A DNA stretch of 64,000 nucleotides from Escherichia phage BF17. The first letter of the stretch is position 1; each line of letters opens with the position of its first letter. Shown here in pieces: positions 23,813-33,098 of the stretch. Both the position numbers and the translations under genes were made by a program. A model generated the notes under the pieces. The model saw only the letters and a list, made by a program, of their open reading frames with translations. It ran no database searches and was not told the DNA's origin. The stretch is taken from the sequence record MW822008.1. One strand, given 5' to 3'.

Positions 23813-23954
23813 AAAAACATGGACAATATTCGTAATACCTACTATAATGTTGTTATTGTCACTTACGGTCCCACAAGGAAATAAAATGAAAAAAACATTG
23901 ACAATATTCGTAATACCTACTATAATGTTGTTATTGTCACTTACGGTCCCGCAA
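23800..23954. repeat. tandem direct duplication (~77 bp x 2) carrying a promoter
   Basis: Unit ggaaataaaatgaaaaaacatggacaatattcgtaatacctactataatgttgttattgtcacttacggtccc repeated back-to-back with 2-3 differences. Confidence 0.8.
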
Positions 23955-24053
23955 GGGCATGTTGTGGCACTGAATGTAGTAGAAATTATTCTTCTTGTAA
24001 TTCACTGCATTGTATGTTACTATTATGTAAAATCGGATGATAAAAAAATATGA
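23886..24053 (+). CDS. small hydrophobic protein, start uncertain
   Basis: ORF-track 23847..24053 spans repeat junction; in-frame ATGs at 23886 and 23925. Confidence 0.3.
   Translation: MKKTLTIFVIPTIMLLLSLTVPQGHVVALNVVEIILLVIHCIVCYYYVKSDDKKI
23898..23926 (+). promoter_or_regulatory. sigma70-like promoter in second repeat copy
   Basis: ttgaca 23898-23903, tataat 23921-23926; first copy has degenerate -35 (tggaca). Confidence 0.5.
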
Positions 24054-24472
24054 AGTACTATCGAATTCGAGTTGGTGTAAGCTCTGGTTTTAGTAATTGG
24101 GTATATTATGATTTACCTGATAGCTATACCGTAGAAGATGTAATTGACTTATATTATGAAGAAGAGTCATGGGTATCCAGTACTGAAACACACAGTGTTG
24201 TGTGTGAAGAACTGAGTGCTGAAGATTACAAGCACTGTACCCAAGCAATGAAGTATTACAGTAAAGATGTGAAGATGTTATCTGAAAACGTTTTTCCTGT
24301 AAAAGAATGGGCAATTTTGCTTGCAAATCCTAACAAACCTGTTAGAATAGGTTATCCAAACAATCATATGGTTTATCGAATGAATGATAAACGTGAGCTA
24401 AGTTATCAGTATGATTACAGTGCTTCTAAGTTTGGAGTTCTAAAACAATTTATGAAGGCTTATCCAGTATGA
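24050..24472 (+). CDS. hypothetical protein
   Basis: ORF track; ATGA overlap. Confidence 0.5.
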   Translation: MKYYRIRVGVSSGFSNWVYYDLPDSYTVEDVIDLYYEEESWVSSTETHSVVCEELSAEDYKHCTQAMKYYSKDVKMLSENVFPVKEWAILLANPNKPVRIGYPNNHMVYRMNDKRELSYQYDYSASKFGVLKQFMKAYPV

Positions 24473-24804
24473 GCAAAGACAGCAAAGAATTTATAGTGCG
24501 TTGTAGTTGTGGCGATAATACGGAACATTGTGTTCACATTTCACAATTTGACTTGACACAAGAACATGGAGATGATAAACTTGGTCAATGTCTGGTGAGT
24601 ATGCGTTTGAATCCTTTCTTAAAATGGTACAAACGTGTATGGGTTGCATTGAAGTATATTTTCGGCGTAAACGACTTTCAATACAAAGAAGCAATGATTG
24701 ATGTTGACATTCTGAAAGAAGTTGTGTTACAATTAGAAGATACCCGCTCCGATGAGGTAAAGAAAGAAGAAAGAGATAAACGTACTGATGTGAAGGTTTT
24801 ATGA
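24469..24804 (+). CDS. hypothetical protein
   Basis: ORF track; ATGA overlap. Confidence 0.5.
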   Translation: MSKDSKEFIVRCSCGDNTEHCVHISQFDLTQEHGDDKLGQCLVSMRLNPFLKWYKRVWVALKYIFGVNDFQYKEAMIDVDILKEVVLQLEDTRSDEVKKEERDKRTDVKVL

Positions 24805-24995
24805 GTACTGAACTTTATGAAAAAAAGTACTGTACAAATTGTTCAACCGAGTATACAATACAGGGTATGTTGATTTGTACAATATGCCAATCAAAACAGG
24901 CTGCCACTTTTATCGTTGATGATAGATTTGGTGATTTAAAACAGTTTAAAGCAAACCGTAATCTTCGTAACTTTAGCAATCTATATAAGGAATAA
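24801..24995 (+). CDS. zinc-ribbon small protein
   Basis: CTNCS ... CTIC cysteine pairs. Confidence 0.45.
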   Translation: MSTELYEKKYCTNCSTEYTIQGMLICTICQSKQAATFIVDDRFGDLKQFKANRNLRNFSNLYKE

Positions 24996-24998
24996 CAC

Positions 24999-25427
24999 AT
25001 GAATATCGAACAAACTATCCGTAACCACTCTTTCTTCGCTGCTGAAACTGGTCGTGTAATCGAGAGCGTCAAAATTGAAGAACTGATGATTAACGTTAAA
25101 TATAAAGAACTGAATGATGAGATTAGCAGCACCATTTGTGCACTACGTGCTCCATTCCGTTCTGAAGCAGCTAAGAAACCTGCCTATGTACTGGCGATTG
25201 CATTGGGTTGTGTAGTGAAATTGGTCGTTGATGAAAATCAACTAAATATCAAAGTTGCTCCAACCAACGATGAAGAAAACATCGACCTGAACTTTGAAGG
25301 TAATCTGGCTGAAGACGTATTCTTCCAACAATCACTGGTTTATGATTTCCGTACTGTAACTCATGACCACATCAACTTTGTCAATGAGATGGTTGACATT
25401 GTAGCTGAATACGAAGCTTCCCTATAA
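24999..25427 (+). CDS. family-A paralog (C-terminal EE-x-FFQ-x-S module)
   Basis: C-terminal EDVFFQQSLVYD. Confidence 0.6.
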   Translation: MNIEQTIRNHSFFAAETGRVIESVKIEELMINVKYKELNDEISSTICALRAPFRSEAAKKPAYVLAIALGCVVKLVVDENQLNIKVAPTNDEENIDLNFEGNLAEDVFFQQSLVYDFRTVTHDHINFVNEMVDIVAEYEASL

Positions 25428-25440
25428 TTAGATTAACAAA

Positions 25441-25463
25441 AGCCTCCGTAATGGGGGCTTTTC
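25441..25463 (+). terminator. terminator-like hairpin
   Basis: agcctccgtaatgggggct then TTT. Confidence 0.45.
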
Positions 25464-25482
25464 CAACATAAGGATATGAATA

Positions 25483-26034
25483 ATGATTGACCAAATTAAA
25501 ATCCTAACTGAACAAATCACTGATTTTCTAGCAGATAAAGATGGATTCAGTACTGAAGTTAAAATGCATGGTGTTAGTCTCGATGTAACTGCACCAAATG
25601 GCGAAACAACCAATTATGATATGTATGAAATCCTACTTTATACATTGGCTGTTCGTAAACTTGGTAGTGATATTGAACTAAACATTAACAAAACCGAGAA
25701 CGGTGACCAAGTGTTTGCAATCAACACTGGTGCACAAATGGACGTGGTAGCTGAAATCAACAAGATCAACCAATCTTTTGTGGGTTTCAAGCATGATACA
25801 ATCCAATCTGTGTTCCTGGGTAAACAAACCGGAAACAGCCACTGTCCTTATTGTGTAATGACAACCTATAAGAATGGTAACTGGATGCGTCAGGATCTAG
25901 TACTTGCTGAAATGCTTTATGCAATCACACACGGCCTAGAACTTGAACTTGATGATAGCGTGTACTGTTTCAAGAAAATCCGTAAACTTTCTGGTGATAT
26001 ACAAGCTCAATTAAAAGAATTAAATGATAAATAA
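25483..26034 (+). CDS. hypothetical protein
   Basis: ORF track; RBS aaggat. Confidence 0.55.
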   Translation: MIDQIKILTEQITDFLADKDGFSTEVKMHGVSLDVTAPNGETTNYDMYEILLYTLAVRKLGSDIELNINKTENGDQVFAINTGAQMDVVAEINKINQSFVGFKHDTIQSVFLGKQTGNSHCPYCVMTTYKNGNWMRQDLVLAEMLYAITHGLELELDDSVYCFKKIRKLSGDIQAQLKELNDK

Positions 26035-26146
26035 TTATACCAGTAATGGTTAACATTATCATGTTACTTTCCTCCCTTACATAATAATGATGCGTTATTA
26101 TTTTATTGTATTATTCCCCTTTTTCGTACAAAATCTTTTTCGTACT

Positions 26147-26170
26147 GCCCCGACCTTCGGGGCATTTTTC
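26147..26170 (+). terminator. rho-independent terminator
   Basis: gccccgaccttcggggc plus TTTTT. Confidence 0.7.
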
Positions 26171-26191
26171 TTGTCTAAATTTTGAGGTTCT

Positions 26192-26587
26192 ATGAATAAT
26201 ACTATTGGTAGTACAATATCTAAACCACTCTCTTATTACCTTGAAAAATTCAGAAGTACAAATGGTAAAAAATTTAATGGCATATACCAATTCTCACATA
26301 AAGAATATATCACAGTTGATTGTTATTCAAATAAACTTATGTACGTAGATGATACTGAATACTGTATGAAATTGTCATTGGATGTAGAATTAGATAAGTT
26401 AACATTTATTGAATATACATCCAAAAGAACATCATTTCTTGGGAAATGTAATCGAAAAGTATATAAAAATATTTCAATGTACTTAAATGAAGATTACCAC
26501 TTCCAACAAACAACGATTGAAGATGTTCTATTCAGTACTGAAGAATTGAAAGAACTATATTATTGGTATAAGAAATTTACAACTTGA
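26192..26587 (+). CDS. family-A paralog
   Basis: C-terminal NEDYHFQQTTIED. Confidence 0.55.
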   Translation: MNNTIGSTISKPLSYYLEKFRSTNGKKFNGIYQFSHKEYITVDCYSNKLMYVDDTEYCMKLSLDVELDKLTFIEYTSKRTSFLGKCNRKVYKNISMYLNEDYHFQQTTIEDVLFSTEELKELYYWYKKFTT

Positions 26588-26642
26588 CATTATCGTGGAT
26601 TTATCCTACACTGTAAGATAATGATGAATAGAGGATAAATTT

Positions 26643-27053
26643 ATGAGTTTAGATTTACACAATGAACTAAAATATTATTTCGATTTGGATATATCACATT
26701 TGAACCAACACGTCAATTATATGACTAGTACTATTTGGTGGTCTGATGAGTTTGATGAACCAAAAATCCAACTTTGTGGTGATTTGTCCGTTTTGAGGTT
26801 GTATGCCCTTGATTCGGAAATGAATATCAAGATCACATACATACCATACACAAACAAACTTATTGTAAACACCCTAAACCCAGTTACAGTATTGAAAATT
26901 TCTGATTTGGACACGATACAGTCAGATGAATCACTATTCCAACGTTCTTTGATTGATGATATGGGTGGTATTTTATATGAAGATATTGTACAATTGAAGA
27001 AGATGTATAGTGAATTGTTAGAAATTAAAAACACAGTAATTGTGGGGAGTTGA
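26643..27053 (+). CDS. family-A paralog
   Basis: C-terminal DESLFQRSLIDD; RBS gagga. Confidence 0.6.
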   Translation: MSLDLHNELKYYFDLDISHLNQHVNYMTSTIWWSDEFDEPKIQLCGDLSVLRLYALDSEMNIKITYIPYTNKLIVNTLNPVTVLKISDLDTIQSDESLFQRSLIDDMGGILYEDIVQLKKMYSELLEIKNTVIVGS

Positions 27054-27054
27054 T

Positions 27055-27459
27055 ATGGTAAGTTTACTTGATATTGATAATACCAGTCTAGTACTGGCAA
27101 AAAAAGGTGTAATTCCCAATTCTACAAAAATTGATTATGCAGTTATTGAAACAAATATTGGAAATATCTGGTATGACTCCGAAAGGGATATTGTGATTAG
27201 CTGCGTAGACAGTGACCGTGCTGAGTGTTGTAGGGTTGGTCATGACGGGCAATTTATTTTCGAATTCCGTTACTGGAAAGATGCTAAATTCCATCATGAG
27301 CATGTTTCAATTACAGGTGTGTATTGCACCGAAGAATCGTTCTTCATGGATAGTACTGTTAATGATTTTGGTTCAGTTACATTTGAGTACTATAAAAAAG
27401 TATACAACGTATCCAGAGAAGTAATGCGAATCATCAGAAATGCTGAGGGCCAAGATTAA
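27055..27459 (+). CDS. family-A paralog
   Basis: C-terminal TEESFFMDSTVND; ATG 27055 with RBS ggggag preferred over ORF-track TTG 27040. Confidence 0.55.
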   Translation: MVSLLDIDNTSLVLAKKGVIPNSTKIDYAVIETNIGNIWYDSERDIVISCVDSDRAECCRVGHDGQFIFEFRYWKDAKFHHEHVSITGVYCTEESFFMDSTVNDFGSVTFEYYKKVYNVSREVMRIIRNAEGQD

Positions 27460-27460
27460 C

Positions 27461-27835
27461 ATGACTACTATATATGACATTCTAGGTGACTTGAATAAAA
27501 ATATAGATAATGATTTTGTTATTGTTGGAACTACACAAAATATAATCCATCTTCCATTGGGTACACCAGATAGGTTAATTTTTAATATATACGGAAAAAC
27601 ACTGACATACCTACACAATGGTATGGTTATATTGGTACTTGATATTAAAGAAAATACAATACGATATGCATATGACTTCAACGATTATTGGTCAAGAACC
27701 CATAGTATTGATATTGAGGAAGATGAACTATTTCAATTGTCGTTAATCGAGAAAAATGTAATAGGAGTTACCGAAATTGGCATTGTTAAAAAAGCATTAG
27801 AATATGTAAATAGCAAATTAAATGGTGAGCTATGA
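27461..27835 (+). CDS. family-A paralog
   Basis: C-terminal EEDELFQLSLIEK; ATG 27461 just after upstream stop preferred over 27440. Confidence 0.55.
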   Translation: MTTIYDILGDLNKNIDNDFVIVGTTQNIIHLPLGTPDRLIFNIYGKTLTYLHNGMVILVLDIKENTIRYAYDFNDYWSRTHSIDIEEDELFQLSLIEKNVIGVTEIGIVKKALEYVNSKLNGEL

Positions 27836-28287
27836 TGAAAATTGATGAAATAAAAAATCATTTTGAAATTGCATTGTCTTGTAAATTTGATGGCTCTTAT
27901 GTTCCTGATCCAGAAGAGATAATTAGAATTTCCACATCGTTTTCGGAAGAGTACAATGTTCTTATTGAGAAAACATATGACAGCACTGAACTCGCATTTT
28001 ACAATAAGAATTCACGAACAACAACATTTATATTATTATATAACACAACATCGGATATAATAGAAATTATAACATGTAAAACAAGCAAAGATATACATTA
28101 TGAGACTATCTCAAATGTGAGTTATTGCTCAACTGAAGAAGGATACTTTCAGGAATCTCTTGTTAAAAATTTAACAGTTAGTTATTCTGATTTAAGCACT
28201 ATAATCAATTGTGTTGAAAAGCTAAATGATTTCGTTCTATCTATGTTTGATATCACAGAGCAAAACCCGAAGGTAATCAAATGCTAA
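27832..28287 (+). CDS. family-A paralog
   Basis: C-terminal TEEGYFQESLVKN. Confidence 0.6.
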   Translation: MMKIDEIKNHFEIALSCKFDGSYVPDPEEIIRISTSFSEEYNVLIEKTYDSTELAFYNKNSRTTTFILLYNTTSDIIEIITCKTSKDIHYETISNVSYCSTEEGYFQESLVKNLTVSYSDLSTIINCVEKLNDFVLSMFDITEQNPKVIKC

Positions 28288-28736
28288 ATCCAGGACAGTT
28301 TTTTCATTTACTTGGTATTACACCTATACCGGATTTAATCAGTGAAGCGAATCAATATCGTGATATAGGAATTGTATCTATGGAATACGATTCACCTGAC
28401 TTTAAATGTTACGTAACATATGATTTGGTAGCCTATGAGTCAGAAACTGAGATAAAAAAACCATCATACATTTTTGTGTTCATATATAATGATTATAGTG
28501 GTGATCTACTCAATGATGTTCATATTGACACATTTGAAATATGTGATAATATTATAACAGATGATTCATCATGTACATTTGATTTATCAGAAAACAGTAC
28601 TGAAGAGGCACTTTTTCAGTTGAGCACTGTTAGTGACACTGTACTAACTCTTGATGACATTGAGAAATTTAAAGAACAGCTTGACGCAGTACGTGAGATG
28701 TTCTATAATCATTATCCAGAAATCGAGTTCAATTAA
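28281..28736 (+). CDS. family-A paralog
   Basis: C-terminal TEEALFQLSTVSD. Confidence 0.6.
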   Translation: MLNPGQFFHLLGITPIPDLISEANQYRDIGIVSMEYDSPDFKCYVTYDLVAYESETEIKKPSYIFVFIYNDYSGDLLNDVHIDTFEICDNIITDDSSCTFDLSENSTEEALFQLSTVSDTVLTLDDIEKFKEQLDAVREMFYNHYPEIEFN

Positions 28737-28750
28737 CTAAAGGTATCAAA

Positions 28751-29011
28751 ATGACTAAAGTAGTTCGTAAACGCCACATGATGAACATGGATGAATTTCG
28801 CACCTTTGACAAATACCGTACTATGTTTCGTATGCTGTCACAGGGCCGTCCAATCGTCATTGTAACGGAGAATTACATGTCACCTGAGATGATGTTCGGT
28901 AATTATGAAAAGGTCTTCATGTTGTACGTGAAGCGTGAATTGCTAACGATTAAGACCTTAGCTGAAGCTACAGATGAAGATATGGATGGTGATAATACAT
29001 TTACCATGTGA
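28751..29011 (+). CDS. hypothetical protein
   Basis: ORF track. Confidence 0.5.
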   Translation: MTKVVRKRHMMNMDEFRTFDKYRTMFRMLSQGRPIVIVTENYMSPEMMFGNYEKVFMLYVKRELLTIKTLAEATDEDMDGDNTFTM

Positions 29012-29089
29012 GGAAATATATGGCAGAAAAACCAAAAGAACCATTGGACCGTGATGATGATTTTTACGACGAACGATATGGGGAATCAG

Positions 29090-29341
29090 ATGAGTGAACA
29101 TCGTGCAGTACTTAAAAAGATTTTAAATGAACTTGGTGATGAGTTTAATGTTACTGAAGAAGAATATCAATGTTGGAAGAAGGATTTTGAACTCCTTGCT
29201 GAGTATGATAAAGTCTTCAATATGATTGGTGTCATTAGCCAGTACTTACTTGGTGGTGGTCGAGCCAGTGCTTCAATTCTTGCATCTGCGATCATCTGTA
29301 CTTCTCGATGGTGCGATGAAAAAAGTCTGGAAGATTTCTAA
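29090..29341 (+). CDS. hypothetical protein
   Basis: ATG 29090 with RBS gggga preferred over ORF-track 29051. Confidence 0.45.
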   Translation: MSEHRAVLKKILNELGDEFNVTEEEYQCWKKDFELLAEYDKVFNMIGVISQYLLGGGRASASILASAIICTSRWCDEKSLEDF

Positions 29342-29393
29342 ATAAGATGCTATAATGTATTATAGTACCTTAACAATATAAAAAGGATTTTAT

Positions 29394-30254
29394 ATGAAAC
29401 CTATCAGAGTACTGTCACTTTTTAATGGAATGAGCGTTGGATATATGGCATTGGCAGATGCAGGTATTCCAGTTGAAAAATATTACTCATCTGAAATTGA
29501 CAAGTACGCAATTGCTGAATCTTCCGAGAATTTTCCTGATATTATCCAGTTAGGTGATGTGACTAAGTGGAAAGAATGGGATATTGAGTGGGATAAGATA
29601 GATTTACTCATGGGAGGATTCCCATGTCAAGCCTGGTCTGTTGCTGGTAAGCAAGGTGGCTTGAATGATATACGTGGACAGTTATTTTTGGTTATGGTTG
29701 ACATTTTTGAGCACATCAAAAGTGTAAATCCAAACTTGCAATTTCTGTTCGAGAATGTTAAAATGAAGGAAGATTTCAAAGAATACATTAATAGTATTTT
29801 AGGAATCACACCAGTACTGATAAATTCCCAGCATTATACGCCTCACTTCAGGCAGAGATACTACTGGTGCAGTACTGATAAGCTTTTTATACCACCTGCA
29901 TTATCAAATGCCCCTAAACTTCAAGATATCATTGAAGATGGTTGGTACACTGACAGAACCGCTTCGTACTGTATAGATGCTAACTATTTTAAGGGTGGTG
30001 ATTGTAACCAGTACTTTAATAAATCAAGACGACAGTTGGTGTTTCGTGACCCAACGATTAATCGTCAATATCTATTGGAGAATGGTAAAAGAAATATTGA
30101 CTATAGACACTTAAGTGTAGTAGAATGTTGTAAATTACAGGGTATTCCTGTAGATTTCTTTAAAGTGTCTAGTAAGACACAAGCATACAAAATGCTTGGG
30201 AATGGATGGACTATGCCAGTTATATCACACTTACTAAGAGAGATATTCTTTTGA
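29394..30254 (+). CDS. DNA (cytosine-5)-methyltransferase, compact
   Basis: Motif I FNGMSVG, motif IV GGFPCQAWSVAGK, motif VI FLFENV, motif VIII-like FRQRYYW. Confidence 0.65.
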   Translation: MKPIRVLSLFNGMSVGYMALADAGIPVEKYYSSEIDKYAIAESSENFPDIIQLGDVTKWKEWDIEWDKIDLLMGGFPCQAWSVAGKQGGLNDIRGQLFLVMVDIFEHIKSVNPNLQFLFENVKMKEDFKEYINSILGITPVLINSQHYTPHFRQRYYWCSTDKLFIPPALSNAPKLQDIIEDGWYTDRTASYCIDANYFKGGDCNQYFNKSRRQLVFRDPTINRQYLLENGKRNIDYRHLSVVECCKLQGIPVDFFKVSSKTQAYKMLGNGWTMPVISHLLREIFF

Positions 30255-30256
30255 AC

Positions 30257-30736
30257 ATGAAGAACTACCCCACCTATACTGAACGTGTAATGAAATTTCA
30301 ACGTCAGTCATCAAAGGAAGAATTAGAATTTAATTTGTACTATCCTAATATTGGTGATGAGGTATTCTATTGTTCTCATACAAAGAATGGAACTTTACTT
30401 AAATCTGGTAAAGGTATTATTGTTGATATGATTAGAACTTTCAAAGGTAAACTTAATGTAATGTACAAAGTACAAGATTCAAGTACTGAGTGCATTCATG
30501 AAGTGATGCATAATATACCTGCATATCCAAAGGATTTTGTTGAGCTAATATCTCGAAGGGAGAAACCTATGTTTTATTGTGGTTATGACAAACTAACCAA
30601 ACAAATTATTCCTAATACTATGGGAAAATTTAAAAGTGATGTTAAAACTGAACTTAATAAGAAATTAGGTTCATCATGGGAAACTGAAAACGAATTCATC
30701 GAAATTCGTTTGATTGAAGTTACTATACTCGATTAA
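30257..30736 (+). CDS. hypothetical protein
   Basis: ATG 30257 right after MTase stop preferred over ORF-track 30206. Confidence 0.5.
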   Translation: MKNYPTYTERVMKFQRQSSKEELEFNLYYPNIGDEVFYCSHTKNGTLLKSGKGIIVDMIRTFKGKLNVMYKVQDSSTECIHEVMHNIPAYPKDFVELISRREKPMFYCGYDKLTKQIIPNTMGKFKSDVKTELNKKLGSSWETENEFIEIRLIEVTILD

Positions 30737-30780
30737 TTACAGATCCACGCTATGCGTGGATTTTTCATAGGTGCATATAT

Positions 30781-31293
30781 ATGACAGTTCCTTATGTTAA
30801 AATTATTAATAATATCCTTGATTCGTGGGAAGATGTTATTACTGGTAAAAAGAACCCAATGCCAGTACACGCACTAACCGGAAGACTACAATTCAGAATG
30901 TCAAACCAAACTGAAACTTTTAATAATCATGATGTTCACATTACTATAACACCTGTACGTATTGTAATTAAAAAAAATCAAGATGATGAATTGACATTAT
31001 CTATTGGTAGTGATAAAATCATTTTAAGTAATTTATCCGAAGAAGAATTCTTTCAACGAAGTACTATCATCGACATGAAAGATTTCACATATGAATCATT
31101 GGTTGAACTCAATACACGTTTCAACGATATTCAGGAACGATTGCGACCAATCCTCCGCAAAGAAGAAGAAGCCTGGAATGAAAGTGTGAGAAAGATGCAA
31201 GAAATGTTGAAAGAAAATATTAACAATCTGGGTAAAGCTACAATGGAATTTGGTAAAACTTTAAAACTGAACTTTTCAAAGGATCGTAAATGA
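30781..31293 (+). CDS. family-A paralog
   Basis: SEEEFFQRSTIID. Confidence 0.6.
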   Translation: MTVPYVKIINNILDSWEDVITGKKNPMPVHALTGRLQFRMSNQTETFNNHDVHITITPVRIVIKKNQDDELTLSIGSDKIILSNLSEEEFFQRSTIIDMKDFTYESLVELNTRFNDIQERLRPILRKEEEAWNESVRKMQEMLKENINNLGKATMEFGKTLKLNFSKDRK

Positions 31294-31745
31294 AAATTGA
31301 TAATTTGATTCATGTCTTAGGGACTTTACATAAAATATTATTACATCTTAACGAGATGAATAAACTAGGTTATAATGTCCATAATGTATTTGAACCTACA
31401 TTTAAATATAACTCAATCACTGGAGATGGTAATTACATAATCGAATATACATATGAAACCGATCCAGACTTCTATCCTCTTACGTTGAGAATTTATCCAA
31501 CAAATCCGATAGGAATTCACGACATATCATCAATTTCACTTGATCCAGATGGTGAAACGAGTATTGAATACAATAATGATTCAAAACCAGAATTTTACAT
31601 TGATGACATTAAAAAGTTGTTCAATGATGAATATGTTTTCCAACAAAGTACTGTGCATGATGTTGGTAGTACTACTGGGCAATTTTGGAATACATGTTAT
31701 TATCATATGATTGAAATTTGTAAATTACTAAAAGGTGTTGAATAA
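31290..31745 (+). CDS. family-A paralog
   Basis: NDEYVFQQSTVHD. Confidence 0.6.
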   Translation: MKIDNLIHVLGTLHKILLHLNEMNKLGYNVHNVFEPTFKYNSITGDGNYIIEYTYETDPDFYPLTLRIYPTNPIGIHDISSISLDPDGETSIEYNNDSKPEFYIDDIKKLFNDEYVFQQSTVHDVGSTTGQFWNTCYYHMIEICKLLKGVE

Positions 31746-32128
31746 TGAAATACTGCATTGAAGTACATTACACTACAGGTGATACTGAAAATTGTTATGA
31801 CGTTCTTAATACAATTGATATTCAATGGTCTTCTAAAGAGGAAGCAGTTGCTGCTTTACAGTGCCTAAAAGAGCATTGGGTGTTTTATATGAAGCAAGAT
31901 AATTGCTATACAAAAGAACACGAAACGATCATGGAAAATGCTAAACAAAAAGAGTGGTTTGACCCAATATCACCAGAATATTCATTCTTGGTTAAAGTTG
32001 GCGATGTGACTGTTCCATTACGAACACCGTGGAACGGCTACTTTGAAACGCTTCATAATGCACGAGTTGTCGCTGTTGATAACCCTGAACAAATCGATTT
32101 CGATTCATTGGACTGGAAAAAACTATGA
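31745..32128 (+). CDS. hypothetical protein
   Basis: ORF track. Confidence 0.5.
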   Translation: MKYCIEVHYTTGDTENCYDVLNTIDIQWSSKEEAVAALQCLKEHWVFYMKQDNCYTKEHETIMENAKQKEWFDPISPEYSFLVKVGDVTVPLRTPWNGYFETLHNARVVAVDNPEQIDFDSLDWKKL

Positions 32129-32568
32129 CAGTACTGCACCGATTGAAGAAGGTTAAGCATCCAGTTGTATATGAGGACTGGAAACGACAGAAGTTGCTGG
32201 GTGATTTTTATTACCCAAAATCTAAAGTTCTTGCGAATTCAAGATGTACATATTTCAAACATAATGATAAAGATACAGTATTTGTTGAAATGGGTTTCAA
32301 TCCATCAAATACAATGTTCAGCACTAACCAAACATTTTACAAATTTCATATCCAAAAAGATTCATTTTCTATCATGATTTTAAAACTTTTAGTTGAAGAT
32401 CTGCTATACCGTGGTGAACGTGTTCCTTTATCATTAGTGGATATTCCTTATAATAATTTAGAGGAAATGTACTTCCAACAGTTGACAGTACAAGAAAACT
32501 TCGGTATGATAGGACTTCAAGAGTTAGAGATGATTAAGCAAATTCGTGATATCTACTTTAAGGAGTAA
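32125..32568 (+). CDS. family-A paralog
   Basis: LEEMYFQQLTVQE. Confidence 0.55.
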   Translation: MTVLHRLKKVKHPVVYEDWKRQKLLGDFYYPKSKVLANSRCTYFKHNDKDTVFVEMGFNPSNTMFSTNQTFYKFHIQKDSFSIMILKLLVEDLLYRGERVPLSLVDIPYNNLEEMYFQQLTVQENFGMIGLQELEMIKQIRDIYFKE

Positions 32569-32570
32569 CT

Positions 32571-32714
32571 ATGCCAGTACGTAACAGTACTTCACGCTTT
32601 ACGCTTCAACAGAAAGCAGATCTTTTGAATATGGCAAACAAAGATTCTAATTTTCACTATCTAGTACTCGGTGGTTCAGTTGAAAAGATTGACCTACGTG
32701 AGTGTATGAAATAA
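32571..32714 (+). CDS. small ORF (47 aa), hypothetical
   Basis: Own translation; RBS aaggag upstream; below ORF-track cutoff. Confidence 0.35.
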   Translation: MPVRNSTSRFTLQQKADLLNMANKDSNFHYLVLGGSVEKIDLRECMK

Positions 32715-32727
32715 CAAAGGGGATAAA

Positions 32728-32898
32728 ATGAGCCTACGTGAATCATGGGAACAATTTAAAGAAGAGATTGGTTATCGTGGTGTTAAGATTGAACCAATCA
32801 ATCGTACTGAAAGCATCAAAGCTAGTACTAATGGCACTACCTATGATCGTTATGATGAAAAGTATGGTTTACATTCTAAACCAAAGGATACTGAATAA
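32728..32898 (+). CDS. small ORF (56 aa), hypothetical
   Basis: Own translation; RBS aggggataaa upstream. Confidence 0.35.
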   Translation: MSLRESWEQFKEEIGYRGVKIEPINRTESIKASTNGTTYDRYDEKYGLHSKPKDTE

Positions 32899-33037
32899 TG
32901 GTGTATACTAACATTTTTACTGGTATTATGCGTAAGTTTGTTAATGGTATTGGATATGTATCCAATGACAACGGTAGTACATGGGTAAAAAATAATACGT
33001 CAGAATCTTTAGTGAAAAGTCTTCCGTATTATAAAGC

Positions 33038-33066
33038 TTGACACATGAAAATGGAGTATGTATAAT
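33038..33066 (+). promoter_or_regulatory. sigma70-like early promoter
   Basis: ttgaca 33038-33043, 17-nt spacer, tataat 33061-33066. Confidence 0.6.
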
Positions 33067-33098
33067 ACTCCTATATTAATCAAATGAGGATATACGAA

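Noticed and set aside
23800-23954. Tandem repeats here and at 40188-40674 as possible CRISPR arrays
   Set aside because: Only two or three long, coding or promoter-containing units with no short spacer structure and no cas genes.
24999-28736. Resemblance of the shared E-x-x-F-Q-x-S motif to a viral 3C/NIa (TEV-type) protease cleavage site
   Set aside because: The residue after Q is variable and S follows one position later, the motif sits in a longer conserved block, and no protease gene is evident; more likely a structural or docking motif.
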